IMG/VR virus record: IMGVR_UViG_3300042891_000377
Span: 32,001-96,000 of that record
Direction: 5' to 3' (one strand)
Length of the DNA stretch: 64,000 nt
Source of the DNA: a virus
The notes below the pieces were generated by a model. The model worked only from the letters and a program-made list of their open reading frames with translations, was not told the DNA's origin and did not search any database. The stretch's first letter is position 1. The number at the start of each line of letters is the position of its first letter. Of the stretch, positions 39,163 to 49,000 are shown piece after piece. Both the position numbers and the translations under genes were made by a program.

Positions 39163-40167
39163 TTAAACTAACGTAGTCTTAAGGTTAGTATGAAATTGCT
39201 GTTGCCAATCAGTTTCAAACATAATACGTTTATTATGCTCGACTATTTCACGTATTTTCTCTAATACATCTGCCTGTGATAATGTAATTAAATATTCCAT
39301 CTGTTTAAATGCCCGAGCAAACCGGGTAGTTGGATCTTCAATAGTATCATAAGTTTCATCGATAATACCATCAAATGTTCTAAATCCTAAACTGCGAAGA
39401 TTACGCAGATAGTATTGTCCACTAAACACGATAAACAATCTTTCTGCTATTATAGGTTTAACAATCTTTTCAGTATAGAAACTATAGTCATTATCAAAAT
39501 TAGTTTCTGCTACGATACTGTATGCAGTTTGATTGTAGATGCTAATAGGAACGATGGTGCTGATACTCATCTCCATGTTATGATATTTAACTTTGCCTAT
39601 ACTATGGGTAATTGGATTGACAGGAACCATGTCACTTTCCCAAATAAAATTATCATTATTGAATAATTCTAGATGTGCAAATTTATAATAGGTTAATATG
39701 GATAATTTATCTATGCCTGATACGTGTGCATGATCATATATAAAATCTCTATGAGGTCTACTGGCTCCTAGTAATATATCAAACATTTTTTCTTTAGTAT
39801 CGTATGGTGTTAATTGTTCCAATGTAGTGTGTTGTTGATAAAACGATCGAGTATTGATAAACCAATCCATCCATAGATCTGAATCAATACCTTTGACATA
39901 CCCACAGGTAAAATATTTTATTTTATTGGATTGATATCGTCGCATAAAATCAACTGTAGTTCGATGTAATTCTGATACTAATATAACAATGCAATCACAG
40001 TGAATTAATGCTTGATCTATATCAAGTTCAAAGTTAGAATTATATGGAAATGGTATATGAAATACTGCGCGAGTTGCTAGCGCAATATTGTCAATTGGAG
40101 TGATATTAAGACAATTTAAATGGTATCGGCAAACATCCGAATTTGTATAAACGTTTGCCGATAACAT
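39163..40167 (-). CDS. Glycosyltransferase-like protein
   Basis: SIVAET...YTEKIVKPI...F..L.NLRSLGFRTF...DETYD. Confidence 0.55.
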   Translation of the reverse strand: MLSANVYTNSDVCRYHLNCLNITPIDNIALATRAVFHIPFPYNSNFELDIDQALIHCDCIVILVSELHRTTVDFMRRYQSNKIKYFTCGYVKGIDSDLWMDWFINTRSFYQQHTTLEQLTPYDTKEKMFDILLGASRPHRDFIYDHAHVSGIDKLSILTYYKFAHLELFNNDNFIWESDMVPVNPITHSIGKVKYHNMEMSISTIVPISIYNQTAYSIVAETNFDNDYSFYTEKIVKPIIAERLFIVFSGQYYLRNLRSLGFRTFDGIIDETYDTIEDPTTRFARAFKQMEYLITLSQADVLEKIREIVEHNKRIMFETDWQQQFHTNLKTTLV

Positions 40168-40170
40168 GTA

Positions 40171-40431
40171 TTACTTAGTTGTTACTGGTGTTTTTGCAGC
40201 AGTTTTCTTTTTACCATAGTATGGTTTACGTTTCTTAGCTGGTGCAGTTGTTTTAGCTGGTAATGGTGCTAATTTAACTTCTGCCACTGTGCCTGCACGT
40301 TGTCTTGTTGGTTTAGCTGGTGGAATGTAAACAGCAGCTGGTACTTCAGCCTTAGCCGGTGGTGTTAAAATTTCTTTAACAGTTTCTTGCGGGGCGCCAA
40401 AACCAAAAAGTTGTTTGATAAAATTAATCAT
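40171..40431 (-). CDS. Small Lys/Ala/Pro-rich basic protein
   Basis: AAGGAG RBS and ATAAATA upstream; PAKKRKPYYGKKK tail. Confidence 0.65.
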   Translation of the reverse strand: MINFIKQLFGFGAPQETVKEILTPPAKAEVPAAVYIPPAKPTRQRAGTVAEVKLAPLPAKTTAPAKKRKPYYGKKKTAAKTPVTTK

Positions 40432-40483
40432 GTAGTTCTCCTTGTGTAATATTTATTCATTATATACGCATAGATAAAATTTA

Positions 40484-40530
40484 TTTTAGTTGACATTTTG
40501 GTAAAATGACTGTATAATGCTATACATAAA
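40484..40530 (+). repeat. Early-promoter cassette, copy 4
   Basis: TTGACA 40490, TATAAT 40513. Confidence 0.8.
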
Positions 40531-40573
40531 CTGTTAATAAGGAAGAACAAAATCCACACTTTTAGGAGCAATA

Positions 40574-40924
40574 ATGACCACTAACGCTTACATCTTTGCT
40601 TGGGATCAAAAAGGTATTGACAGCATAATTCCAATTAGTCAATACGAAGAATGGGATAAAAAGAACACGTGGAATGTTCTAACCGATCAACCAACTGAAC
40701 GTAATCCGTTAAACAGCATCATTCAAAGTCTTGTACTTCGCGCAATTTACAATAGTCAACGTCACTATGAAATCTACAGTATAGATTGTGCATTTCCAAT
40801 AGACGAAAAAGAGTGGCGTGAGATCTGGCAAGAGAATCCGCAGGGCACAGCAGATCTAATACGTGAGCGTGGTGTTAAGTTATATAGCGATAGAGAAGAT
40901 AGAAAATCTCAAGTAATCAGTTAG
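40574..40924 (+). CDS. Hypothetical early protein
   Basis: AGGAG RBS; ORF track. Confidence 0.7.
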   Translation: MTTNAYIFAWDQKGIDSIIPISQYEEWDKKNTWNVLTDQPTERNPLNSIIQSLVLRAIYNSQRHYEIYSIDCAFPIDEKEWREIWQENPQGTADLIRERGVKLYSDREDRKSQVIS

Positions 40925-40925
40925 A

Positions 40926-40992
40926 TTTTGGTTGACATTTTGGTAAAATGACTGTATAATGTTACACATACAATAACAAAACGGAGCAAAAT
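40926..40992 (+). repeat. Early-promoter/RBS cassette, copy 5
   Basis: TTGACA 40932, TATAAT 40955, GGAG. Confidence 0.8.
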
Positions 40993-41274
40993 ATGACAAC
41001 TTCAATTAAAACACAAGCTGATTTAGATTGGGAAATACAAGCATACGGCATGTCGGAAGCTTCTGTTAAGCACCTTGTAGAAACACAGGCTTTTCCAGGT
41101 ACAGAATTGATGTTTGCCGCTGGTATGTTAAGTGATGCGCAACAGATTATGGATCCAGAGTTTAATAAAGATGGGTGGGTAAGTCCAGAAACTGCTAACC
41201 GTGCTCGTCAATATATGAATGTTGCCAAATATATTATGTTTAACATGATGAAAGACGAAAGGAAGGCTGCTTAA
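40993..41274 (+). CDS. Hypothetical early protein
   Basis: ORF behind cassette 5. Confidence 0.65.
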   Translation: MTTSIKTQADLDWEIQAYGMSEASVKHLVETQAFPGTELMFAAGMLSDAQQIMDPEFNKDGWVSPETANRARQYMNVAKYIMFNMMKDERKAA

Positions 41275-41702
41275 TGGGCTTAGACATGTATGCGTATGCC
41301 GCAGCCAGAGAAGGGCAACAAAAAGAGTTTTGGCATGATGGTGAGTTTGATCCAGAAACTGGTGACTACGTTAATGCTAAAGTAACCAAACCAATTGAAA
41401 TTGCCTATTGGCGCAAGCACCCCAACTTGCATGGTTGGATGGAAGAACTTTGGCGGAGTAAAGGCAGTCCACGTGACAGCGATGACGAAGAAACATTCAA
41501 CGGTATTGAACTTGAACTGACCTGGGAAGATATCGATATGTTAGAGGAAGATATCAATCAAGGCGCACTACCTGGTACAAGTGGTTTCTTCTTTGGTGAT
41601 CCGGCAGATGATTACTATCGTGGGGATGACTTAAAGTTTATTCAAGAAGCACGTAGTCAACTGTTCTTAGGCTTACGTGTATTTTATAATTCAAGTTGGT
41701 AA
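41274..41702 (+). CDS. Phage hypothetical protein (MGLDMY...YWRKHPNLHGWM)
   Basis: Motif pattern typical of a widespread phage family; translationally coupled. Confidence 0.7.
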   Translation: MGLDMYAYAAAREGQQKEFWHDGEFDPETGDYVNAKVTKPIEIAYWRKHPNLHGWMEELWRSKGSPRDSDDEETFNGIELELTWEDIDMLEEDINQGALPGTSGFFFGDPADDYYRGDDLKFIQEARSQLFLGLRVFYNSSW

Positions 41703-41712
41703 GGAGAATAGC

Positions 41713-41895
41713 ATGGATAAAATAATTAAACAAATTAAAGGTATTGGTGAAGTTGGTATTGATACAAACGCAAGTCCAGGCAATGGTCCTTACTATGTTA
41801 AGCACTATCGCACAGGCTACGATGTCTGTGGCTTTGACTCCGTTGAAGAAGCACTGATGGAGTTGGAATTTGTTGAAGATGGAGCATTAGCTTGA
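41713..41895 (+). CDS. Hypothetical protein
   Basis: AAGGAG RBS before ATG41713. Confidence 0.6.
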   Translation: MDKIIKQIKGIGEVGIDTNASPGNGPYYVKHYRTGYDVCGFDSVEEALMELEFVEDGALA

Positions 41896-42119
41896 TCAAT
41901 CACACACTACAATGGTTAGGTACCAGCTGTTTGATCACTATGTATGTGATCATGAGTTTCTACCCTGAGCTGTATCCCATCAATATTATACTCGGTTGCT
42001 TTGGTGGTGTGTTCTATTTTGCTTGGAGTTTCCGTGTGGCAAATCGTCCGCAGATGTTAGTTAACGCTGCAGGTGTTTTGGTCTGTTTAGCTGGCTTAGT
42101 TAAATTATATTTTGCTTGA
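41892..42119 (+). CDS. Small three-TM membrane protein
   Basis: Hydrophobic ORF overlapping the upstream stop. Confidence 0.55.
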   Translation: MINHTLQWLGTSCLITMYVIMSFYPELYPINIILGCFGGVFYFAWSFRVANRPQMLVNAAGVLVCLAGLVKLYFA

Positions 42120-42172
42120 CAAAAGTGGTTAAATAGTCTATAATATGTTACTTGATAATAAGGAAACAACAA

Positions 42173-42412
42173 ATGGTTACTGATGAGTTTCAATACAATA
42201 ATGAAGAAGAAGCAGAAATGGGTCAGCTTCATGCTATTCATAATAACATGAATCATATTGCCGCAGTACAACGTGAGTTAGCTAAACAGGCTGCACAGCC
42301 AAGTCTCGAACATTGCGAAGAATGTGGCGATGAAATACCACGAGCAAGACAGCTTGCCATACCCGGTGTTAGACTTTGCGTTTTCTGTAAAGAACGTGCA
42401 GAACGTCATTAA
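42173..42412 (+). CDS. TraR/DksA C4 zinc-finger protein
   Basis: CEECGDEIPRARQLAIPGVRLCVFC; acidic N-terminus; own TTGACA/TATAAT promoter. Confidence 0.85.
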   Translation: MVTDEFQYNNEEEAEMGQLHAIHNNMNHIAAVQRELAKQAAQPSLEHCEECGDEIPRARQLAIPGVRLCVFCKERAERH

Positions 42413-43281
42413 TGTTAGCAATCAAATATGCTGATCCATGTAATCTTTCTGATACTGTAACTTTACATTTTAAATTAAGAAACCATGCAGTAACTAGTAA
42501 ATGGATCGAAAGATTACTGCTAGCTCAAACACACTATCCAATTGATGCTCCTGATAGATTTTATGGATTTGGCTCTATAGAAGAACAAACAGCAGATGCA
42601 TTGCACCGTATGCAACAATGTATTGCACTCATCAATTCTCATGAACAAATCATTGATCGACAACTGACCAACGTTGCTGATCAAGATACATTAAATTATC
42701 TACATCATATTTTTGAAGTATATCACGGGTTACTAGATCAGCAGACACATCCGGTATGGCAGACAGCATCACCAGAAGTTAGGCTAGCATTAGCAGATTT
42801 AAACTTACTTGTTCATCGGTGCGAAAGTGTTAATCGAGGTGCACAACCTAGGCACGTAGTGACCTATTATGGGTTGCCTAAAACAGAAACACTGGCCGTA
42901 GAAGATTATGCATTGTTTGAACCCGCTATAAAGTTTGGTACTGTGTATTTGAACTATGCCGAAATAGGCAAAACATTAGATGATTTAGCAGTAGATAATG
43001 ATAGATATATTGCAGATGAAGCATTCCAACCATTTAGACATTATAGTGCAGATTTTAATGTTAAATTTTATTCAACTGATTATAGACAAGTAGATGAACA
43101 ATATGCTATAATAAAACAATATTATGATACACATAATAAATTTTTTGAACAACGTAATTTACCCTGGGGACATCCGTATTTAAATATTGGTGCAATACCC
43201 TTAGCAGATTTAGTTAACACAACAGATGTAATCGAACAAATAGCAACTCGACAATATGTCAAATCAGTAACTTTAATATAA
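42412..43281 (+). CDS. Hypothetical protein
   Basis: 289-aa ORF, coupled. Confidence 0.6.
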   Translation: MLAIKYADPCNLSDTVTLHFKLRNHAVTSKWIERLLLAQTHYPIDAPDRFYGFGSIEEQTADALHRMQQCIALINSHEQIIDRQLTNVADQDTLNYLHHIFEVYHGLLDQQTHPVWQTASPEVRLALADLNLLVHRCESVNRGAQPRHVVTYYGLPKTETLAVEDYALFEPAIKFGTVYLNYAEIGKTLDDLAVDNDRYIADEAFQPFRHYSADFNVKFYSTDYRQVDEQYAIIKQYYDTHNKFFEQRNLPWGHPYLNIGAIPLADLVNTTDVIEQIATRQYVKSVTLI

Positions 43282-43289
43282 GGAAACAC

Positions 43290-43910
43290 ATGTCAACTTT
43301 AGTCCCAATGGTAGTAGAACGTACGAGTCAAGGCGAACGTAGCTATGACATTTATTCACGCTTACTTAAAGATCGTATCATCATGTTAGACACTGATGTC
43401 AACGAGCATACTGCTAGTTTAATCGTAGCGCAGATGTTGTTCTTAGAAAGTGAAGCACCAGAGAAAGATATCTTATTCTACATCAATAGTCCGGGTGGTA
43501 GTGTAACTGCTGGCTTGGCAATTTATGATACAATGCAGTTTATCAAATGTGATGTATCAACTATTGTACTTGGACAAGCATGTTCGATGGGTAGCTTCCT
43601 AGCGCAAGCAGGTGCACCAGGCAAGCGTATTGTTCTGCCAGAAGCACGTACTATGATTCACCGTGTTAGTTCCGGTACCCCCGGTACACGTGGTAGTGTA
43701 CACGTACAAGACCTACAGTTTGAAGATGCTAAACGTAGCTTTGAAGAAAGTGTGCGTATTAACAAACGCTTAACAGAACTGTATGCACGTCATAATACTG
43801 CTGGTAAAACGTATGACGAACTTTATGAAGCAATGAAGTTTGACACATTTTTAAGTGCAGACGAAGCTGTTGCCTATGGTCTAGCAGACGAAGTGATTAC
43901 TAAACGTTAA
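43290..43910 (+). CDS. clpP: ClpP protease proteolytic subunit
   Basis: [37 protein letters not shown]. Confidence 0.95.
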   Translation: MSTLVPMVVERTSQGERSYDIYSRLLKDRIIMLDTDVNEHTASLIVAQMLFLESEAPEKDILFYINSPGGSVTAGLAIYDTMQFIKCDVSTIVLGQACSMGSFLAQAGAPGKRIVLPEARTMIHRVSSGTPGTRGSVHVQDLQFEDAKRSFEESVRINKRLTELYARHNTAGKTYDELYEAMKFDTFLSADEAVAYGLADEVITKR

Positions 43911-44980
43911 TGACCAAATTATGCCTTGACTTTATCACCGAATCAACACAGCCATTATTTACTGTTTTAATTGATGGCTGTGTAGTATCGGCAGTAGTAA
44001 ACGATAAAGAATTAACTATATCAGCCGATTTACAATACGGATTCCATACACTGGCTATTTCAGTAACCAATCCATCGTCACCTATTGTATTCACTGATGC
44101 AAAATTAGATGGAGTTAGTTTCCGACAAACGTTATATACAATGTTTGCTAATAAGCAATGCAAAAGACAAACAACAACTTTAACAATCACTGATAATATA
44201 TTATATCTTCCATTTATTAATCCGATAGCGGTATGGATTGCATCCTGCGCAGAAAAAATTCCTGCAAAATTATATGCGCATAGTTTGTATGATGAATTTG
44301 AAATTTATTATCCCGAATCTATAGTTATTCCTACTAGTTTTCCAAAAATACTACAAGATTATATGTTGTGTAATACAGACTTTTATATGCATGCTAAATC
44401 ATTATTATTAGATCCGTATTATAACGCAGAAGTACCGTATGCAAAACTTAGTAAATTAACATATGATGATACTGCATTGTATACTGAATTATTTGCAAAT
44501 TTAGAATTCTTTAAGAATAATGCACGTACACCAGCGCAGAGCAAATATAACAAATTAGAAACAAGTAAATCTGACTGGAGAGTGTTTGATTTTATTCTTG
44601 AAAAAAACATATTGCCCGAGGCACAGTTTCCTGCCCTCTATAAGTTATTGCATGATCTTAATTTAGATGAAATATTACATGGATTTATAGGTATACTTGG
44701 CCCAGGTGAATACATAACCCCGCACGTTGATCGTTACGAGGGTATGGAATTTATAATAGAAAAATATGGTGGTTGTGGACAGCTATATATTCCTGTGAAC
44801 TTTAAAGAAGGCAACTATTTTAAATTTAATAATATTGGATTAGTTCCGTTAGATGGTCCAATGTTAATTAATACTCAACATTTTGCTCATGCATTAATAA
44901 ACAATAGTAATGAATATCGATTTGCAATAGGTATACACGGATCTCGACTACATATTACAAATAAAGATGATAATGGCTAA
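43910..44980 (+). CDS. Protein with C-terminal Asp/Asn beta-hydroxylase-like cupin domain
   Basis: LGPGEYITPHVD...H.LINNS..YR. Confidence 0.55.
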   Translation: MTKLCLDFITESTQPLFTVLIDGCVVSAVVNDKELTISADLQYGFHTLAISVTNPSSPIVFTDAKLDGVSFRQTLYTMFANKQCKRQTTTLTITDNILYLPFINPIAVWIASCAEKIPAKLYAHSLYDEFEIYYPESIVIPTSFPKILQDYMLCNTDFYMHAKSLLLDPYYNAEVPYAKLSKLTYDDTALYTELFANLEFFKNNARTPAQSKYNKLETSKSDWRVFDFILEKNILPEAQFPALYKLLHDLNLDEILHGFIGILGPGEYITPHVDRYEGMEFIIEKYGGCGQLYIPVNFKEGNYFKFNNIGLVPLDGPMLINTQHFAHALINNSNEYRFAIGIHGSRLHITNKDDNG

Positions 44981-46280
44981 CTCTAACGTATTCTGTAATA
45001 CACCTTGGTATGAGGCTCACATCTATTGGGATGGCAGCTTTGGTACCTGTTGTCAAGAGAGTAGGAAATTATACGCAGAATCTGAAACACAATACAACAT
45101 TAAAACAATGTCTTTAGCAGAATGGTTTAATAGCAGACCTGCTAGAGAATTTCGTATGGATATGTTTAGCAACGAAGGCACTGTTACGTGTAGTCAATGT
45201 TATAACGAGCAAGGGGTAAGTGGTACAAGTCGTAGACATCGCAGTAATCAAAAAAGTGTAATTTTTACAAAGCAGGCATTTGGTGAAAGTTTCAAACAAA
45301 GTCCAGGTTATAAACAGTTCATGTTTAGTAAAGGTATGGATGGTATGACTAACACTATGCCAATTGATCTACATATTGATTTAGGTAACTATTGCAACTT
45401 AGCTTGTAAGATGTGCTGGTCTGGTGCAAGCAGTAAAATTGCAACTCAATATGTCAAGTGGGGGAATGAAGAACATAAACAATATCTTGGTAGTGATTGG
45501 ACTAAAGATACAGAAACGTGGAATAGATTCTTAAATGAATTACTAACCATTCCTAAACTAAAAAATATACATTTAATGGGCGGTGAAACTTTACTAACAG
45601 GTCAATTTGAAGAATTAATTGACTTTATGACTGCACATAATAGATTTGATGTATGCTTTAGTTTTGTCACTAACGGAACAAAGTTTAATGAATCACTAAT
45701 TAACAAACTAAAAAAATTTGCACGAGTAGGCATCGAAGTAAGTATAGAAACTGTAACTGCGCATAATGATTATGTTAGGCAAGGTACTAATACAGCAATA
45801 GTATTAGAAAATATACAAAAATATATACAGCACTGTACTGATACGTCAGTGTCGGTCACTATACGTCCTGCTATAAGCGCATTAACAGTTGGTTATTATT
45901 ATACGTTATTAGAATATTGTTTAGAACATAAGTTGATGATTAAAAGTTTGCTCGTAACAACTCCAAAATATTTAGACATTAAGGTGTTGCCGTATGCAAT
46001 TAAACAAAACTATCTGCAACACTATACAACTATAGTAGATCAGCTAGCGGACATTGATATTGATATTGATTTTAACGAGAGTGATGCAGGTAATTATAAA
46101 AAATCTATTAAACAACAGGCTATGCAAATGATCAATATACTTACACCTGTATTGATAGATAACGAAGATGGCTTACCAGAATTAGTTACTATGTGCAAAA
46201 AATGGGATACTGAATATAAATTCGATGCAATTACATTATATCCAGAATTAACCAAGGTGTTTGATCAGTATGGATACTAA
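44973..46280 (+). CDS. Radical SAM protein with N-terminal twitch/SPASM-like Cys cluster
   Basis: FCNTPW..CC..C..C; CNLACKMC; MGGE; TNGT. Confidence 0.82.
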   Translation: MANSNVFCNTPWYEAHIYWDGSFGTCCQESRKLYAESETQYNIKTMSLAEWFNSRPAREFRMDMFSNEGTVTCSQCYNEQGVSGTSRRHRSNQKSVIFTKQAFGESFKQSPGYKQFMFSKGMDGMTNTMPIDLHIDLGNYCNLACKMCWSGASSKIATQYVKWGNEEHKQYLGSDWTKDTETWNRFLNELLTIPKLKNIHLMGGETLLTGQFEELIDFMTAHNRFDVCFSFVTNGTKFNESLINKLKKFARVGIEVSIETVTAHNDYVRQGTNTAIVLENIQKYIQHCTDTSVSVTIRPAISALTVGYYYTLLEYCLEHKLMIKSLLVTTPKYLDIKVLPYAIKQNYLQHYTTIVDQLADIDIDIDFNESDAGNYKKSIKQQAMQMINILTPVLIDNEDGLPELVTMCKKWDTEYKFDAITLYPELTKVFDQYGY

Positions 46281-46737
46281 CCAAACCTACCAAGTTGACC
46301 TTTCGATACTACTCAAACCTCGTTGGGTCAATACGCCGCCGACTATTAGAATTGGCTTAAATGATACATTAGAAAATATCACATTAGATAAAGATACTTG
46401 GTTTGATTATAGCTACATGTCTGCATCTACTACAAATAAATTACAAATTGAATACTATGGTAAAACTAATGCAGATACTGATATAGATAATAACAAAGAT
46501 ACCGCGGTCATAATTGATCAAATAAAGATCAATGGTATATCTAGTCCCAAATTTGCATGGGCGGGCGTATATACTCCTACCTATCCATTACATTATATCA
46601 ACGACAATCCTACTGCAGCAAGTACTTTGTCTCCATTCACTTATATGGGATGGAATGGAATTTGGACATTGGAATTTACAATACCTGTATTTACATGGAT
46701 ACATAACGTTGAAGGTTTAGGTTGGATTTACGACTAG
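46270..46737 (+). CDS. Hypothetical protein
   Basis: ORF overlapping the radical SAM stop. Confidence 0.55.
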   Translation: MDTNQTYQVDLSILLKPRWVNTPPTIRIGLNDTLENITLDKDTWFDYSYMSASTTNKLQIEYYGKTNADTDIDNNKDTAVIIDQIKINGISSPKFAWAGVYTPTYPLHYINDNPTAASTLSPFTYMGWNGIWTLEFTIPVFTWIHNVEGLGWIYD

Positions 46738-46744
46738 TTGCAAA

Positions 46745-46779
46745 TTTTGGTTGACTTTTTGGTAAATCGACTGTATAAT
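46745..46779 (+). repeat. Early-promoter cassette, copy 6
   Basis: TTTTGGTTGACT 46745, TATAAT 46774. Confidence 0.8.
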
Positions 46780-46816
46780 GTATTTTGTAAGTTAATTAAA
46801 CAACAGGAGAATTAAA

Positions 46817-47014
46817 ATGCGATTCGAAGTTAGTTACAAAACTTTAGCACGTGGACTTAGTGAAAGTGGTGGTGTTATCCACGGTACCGATGGTCCAAGT
46901 AATTATGTTGTTGTAGTAGAGGCGGCAAACCAGAACTATGCAGAAAATCAAGTACGCAATATGAATGGTGGTGCTGATCGTTGTATCATTCAATATGCAC
47001 GTCATATTGGTTAA
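46817..47014 (+). CDS. Hypothetical early protein
   Basis: AGGAG RBS. Confidence 0.65.
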   Translation: MRFEVSYKTLARGLSESGGVIHGTDGPSNYVVVVEAANQNYAENQVRNMNGGADRCIIQYARHIG

Positions 47015-47027
47015 GGAGAAATAAATT

Positions 47028-47225
47028 ATGGCAAGCAAAGAATCAAATCGTACTATTGTAACAGGTGTTGATAATTTCACAGTCAACATCATGGACAATG
47101 GTTTTACGGTAGAGTACACTGGTAATAACAGTGACAATGATTGGATCACTTCGAAAACAATCGTAGGTGATGTTGATAAACTATGTGAAATCATTCGTGG
47201 AATTGTTGTTATTCCACGTTCTTAG
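47028..47225 (+). CDS. Hypothetical protein
   Basis: AAGGAG RBS. Confidence 0.65.
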   Translation: MASKESNRTIVTGVDNFTVNIMDNGFTVEYTGNNSDNDWITSKTIVGDVDKLCEIIRGIVVIPRS

Positions 47226-47233
47226 GAGATATT

Positions 47234-47542
47234 ATGTCTTTATTTAAAGTAGCAGGTGTTAGTACACTAAATGGCCTTACTAAAGTACGTTTTGCTAATG
47301 ACTTTGTTAGTCGTGTTAAGATGTTGATTAAATCAGGTCATACTGACATTGAATTAATTGAACTAGCAGAACCATTATCCAAACCAGAAATAGTTGCGTA
47401 TCTTAAAACCACTGACTTAATGCAGACAGCTCGTTATGCAGAAGCAATTAATTTGTCGGATGAAAAGTATAACACTGTCAAATTTGTTAAACCTGCAATT
47501 AGTTTAGAAGCAATTAAAGCACGGGTAGGCATTGTTGCGTAG
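47234..47542 (+). CDS. Hypothetical protein
   Basis: AGGAG RBS; followed by terminator. Confidence 0.65.
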   Translation: MSLFKVAGVSTLNGLTKVRFANDFVSRVKMLIKSGHTDIELIELAEPLSKPEIVAYLKTTDLMQTARYAEAINLSDEKYNTVKFVKPAISLEAIKARVGIVA

Positions 47543-47546
47543 TAAG

Positions 47547-47573
47547 AAAAAGCCCGTGTAATGCGGGCTTTTT
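47547..47573 (+). terminator. Intrinsic terminator
   Basis: AAAAGCCCG...CGGGCTTTT. Confidence 0.75.
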
Positions 47574-47699
47574 AATATGCAACAGTTATATAGTTATAAC
47601 ATCATAGTATAATCCTGTTACAAAATATTTACACCTTAAAGGTTAAATACTGATAACGGCGCCCTGTTATATTTCCGCCGCTTATCGGAGGAATACAGA

Positions 47700-48110
47700 A
47701 TGCGTAAAATACTATTGTTGTTAACAGCATCTTTGATTCAAACTGCGGTTGCTGCTGATTTACCCAAGGAAATGTACATGCCCAATGATGCTGGTGGGTT
47801 TGTTGTATTAACAGTAGAAGCATGTAGATTCAAACAAGTGGCAAAGGACTATCCGTATCGAGCGTATGCTGTCAATCACGAAGGCTGTTGGGATAGTCCA
47901 GATACATCAGATGTTCCTACACAAATAATGTCAAAGTCGGAAGGCGCACCAGAGGCCCCAACCATCCGAGTTATATCAATGGTTAACACTTGGTGGGAAG
48001 AAGGCGGCAAAGCAACGTTCATGCAACGAAATTTTAGTCCAGAAAAGAAACGATATTTAAGTAATGGTACAATTGAAATGACATTAAAGCCAATTGTAGT
48101 AAAACCGTAG
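47700..48110 (+). CDS. Secreted hypothetical protein
   Basis: Signal peptide, GGAGG RBS, two Cys. Confidence 0.65.
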   Translation: MRKILLLLTASLIQTAVAADLPKEMYMPNDAGGFVVLTVEACRFKQVAKDYPYRAYAVNHEGCWDSPDTSDVPTQIMSKSEGAPEAPTIRVISMVNTWWEEGGKATFMQRNFSPEKKRYLSNGTIEMTLKPIVVKP

Positions 48111-48118
48111 GAAGTAAC

Positions 48119-48250
48119 ATGAAAACACGTAAACTAGTAAGGAAAATGTATAGAGCCTGTGTACGACACAATGTAATAAAACAAAAGAAATTGTGGCTAA
48201 AATTGATTAAAAAGTCATTAAAACATAAACATACTGAAACTATGCAATAA
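48119..48250 (+). CDS. Small very basic peptide (43 aa, not in ORF track)
   Basis: AGGA RBS; MKTRKLVRKMYRACVRHNVIKQKKLWLKLIKKSLKHKHTETMQ. Confidence 0.5.
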   Translation: MKTRKLVRKMYRACVRHNVIKQKKLWLKLIKKSLKHKHTETMQ

Positions 48251-48369
48251 ATAGTTGATATATGCTATCTAGTATATGCTGGATAGCATATACTGAGGTA
48301 TGTTAGTTAACACACGATTTTCGGCCTCGTCCGTGTATAATTAATAGTATACACAGAGGAGAAGTTAAA

Positions 48370-48612
48370 ATGAAAGTAAGCGTTTTATTAACAGCAGTAT
48401 TATTAGCAGTTGCAAGCATTGCATCAGCTGAAGAAGTTAAACAGAACACTAACACTCAACATCAACTATCAAAACGTCCTTATGCAGCGCCTGCTGTAGA
48501 TAAGGAAACATTTGATGGCGCGGTTGTTGATAAAAAAGAAGTAGAGAAACCTACACATTTAAATTTACACATGTTGGGTAAGCGTCCGTTTATGGAAAAA
48601 GCGACTGACTAA
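48370..48612 (+). CDS. Small secreted protein with duplicated HxLxKRP(Y/F) motif
   Basis: GAGGAG RBS; signal peptide; HQLSKRPY and HMLGKRPF. Confidence 0.7.
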   Translation: MKVSVLLTAVLLAVASIASAEEVKQNTNTQHQLSKRPYAAPAVDKETFDGAVVDKKEVEKPTHLNLHMLGKRPFMEKATD

Positions 48613-48619
48613 AGAAATT

Positions 48620-48965
48620 GTTGTAGCCGTAAGGCAAAGTTGTAAAGTAAGGCATGTTGGACGGCGGTTCGATTCCGCCCAGGTCCACCAAAAGTATATT
48701 GTCACTAAGGTCCCGTAAGGATTATGTCTTTGGCGAGATAGTATGCTTCTGATGGGCCTGACCAGGTTTCGACAGCGTGAGATAGGATAACAACTCAACA
48801 CGTGGGGTCACGTAAAATACAAATCTTGTAAATGCAAAAACATCTACAACTGGTGCTGTAAAAGTATCTATGGGTCGTGGCTTCCGCTTCGGTTCTGCTA
48901 CTCGTACAGCAACGTTTGCCTAAGAAACAAACACCACGGGGTAACTATACCTTGTAATCAAAAAT
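48620..48965 (+). ncRNA. ssrA: Circularly permuted (two-piece) tmRNA
   Basis: T-arm GGCGGTTCGATTCCGCC plus CAGGTCCACCA (ends 48690) precedes GGGCCTGA..GGTTTCGAC (starts 48754); acceptor stem has G3-U70; tag frame 48834-48923; outer ends approximate. Confidence 0.88.
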
Positions 48966-48968
48966 AGT

Positions 48969-48998
48969 AGAAAGCTCACTTCGGTGGGCTTTCTTTTT
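48969..48998 (+). terminator. Terminator after tmRNA
   Basis: AGAAAGCTCAC-TTCG-GTGGGCTTTCTTTTT. Confidence 0.85.
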
Positions 48999-49000
48999 GC

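Noticed and set aside
48659-48690. tRNA gene
   Set aside because: Only a T-arm and acceptor 3' strand are present; the matching 5' strand is downstream and followed by a tag frame, i.e. a permuted tmRNA
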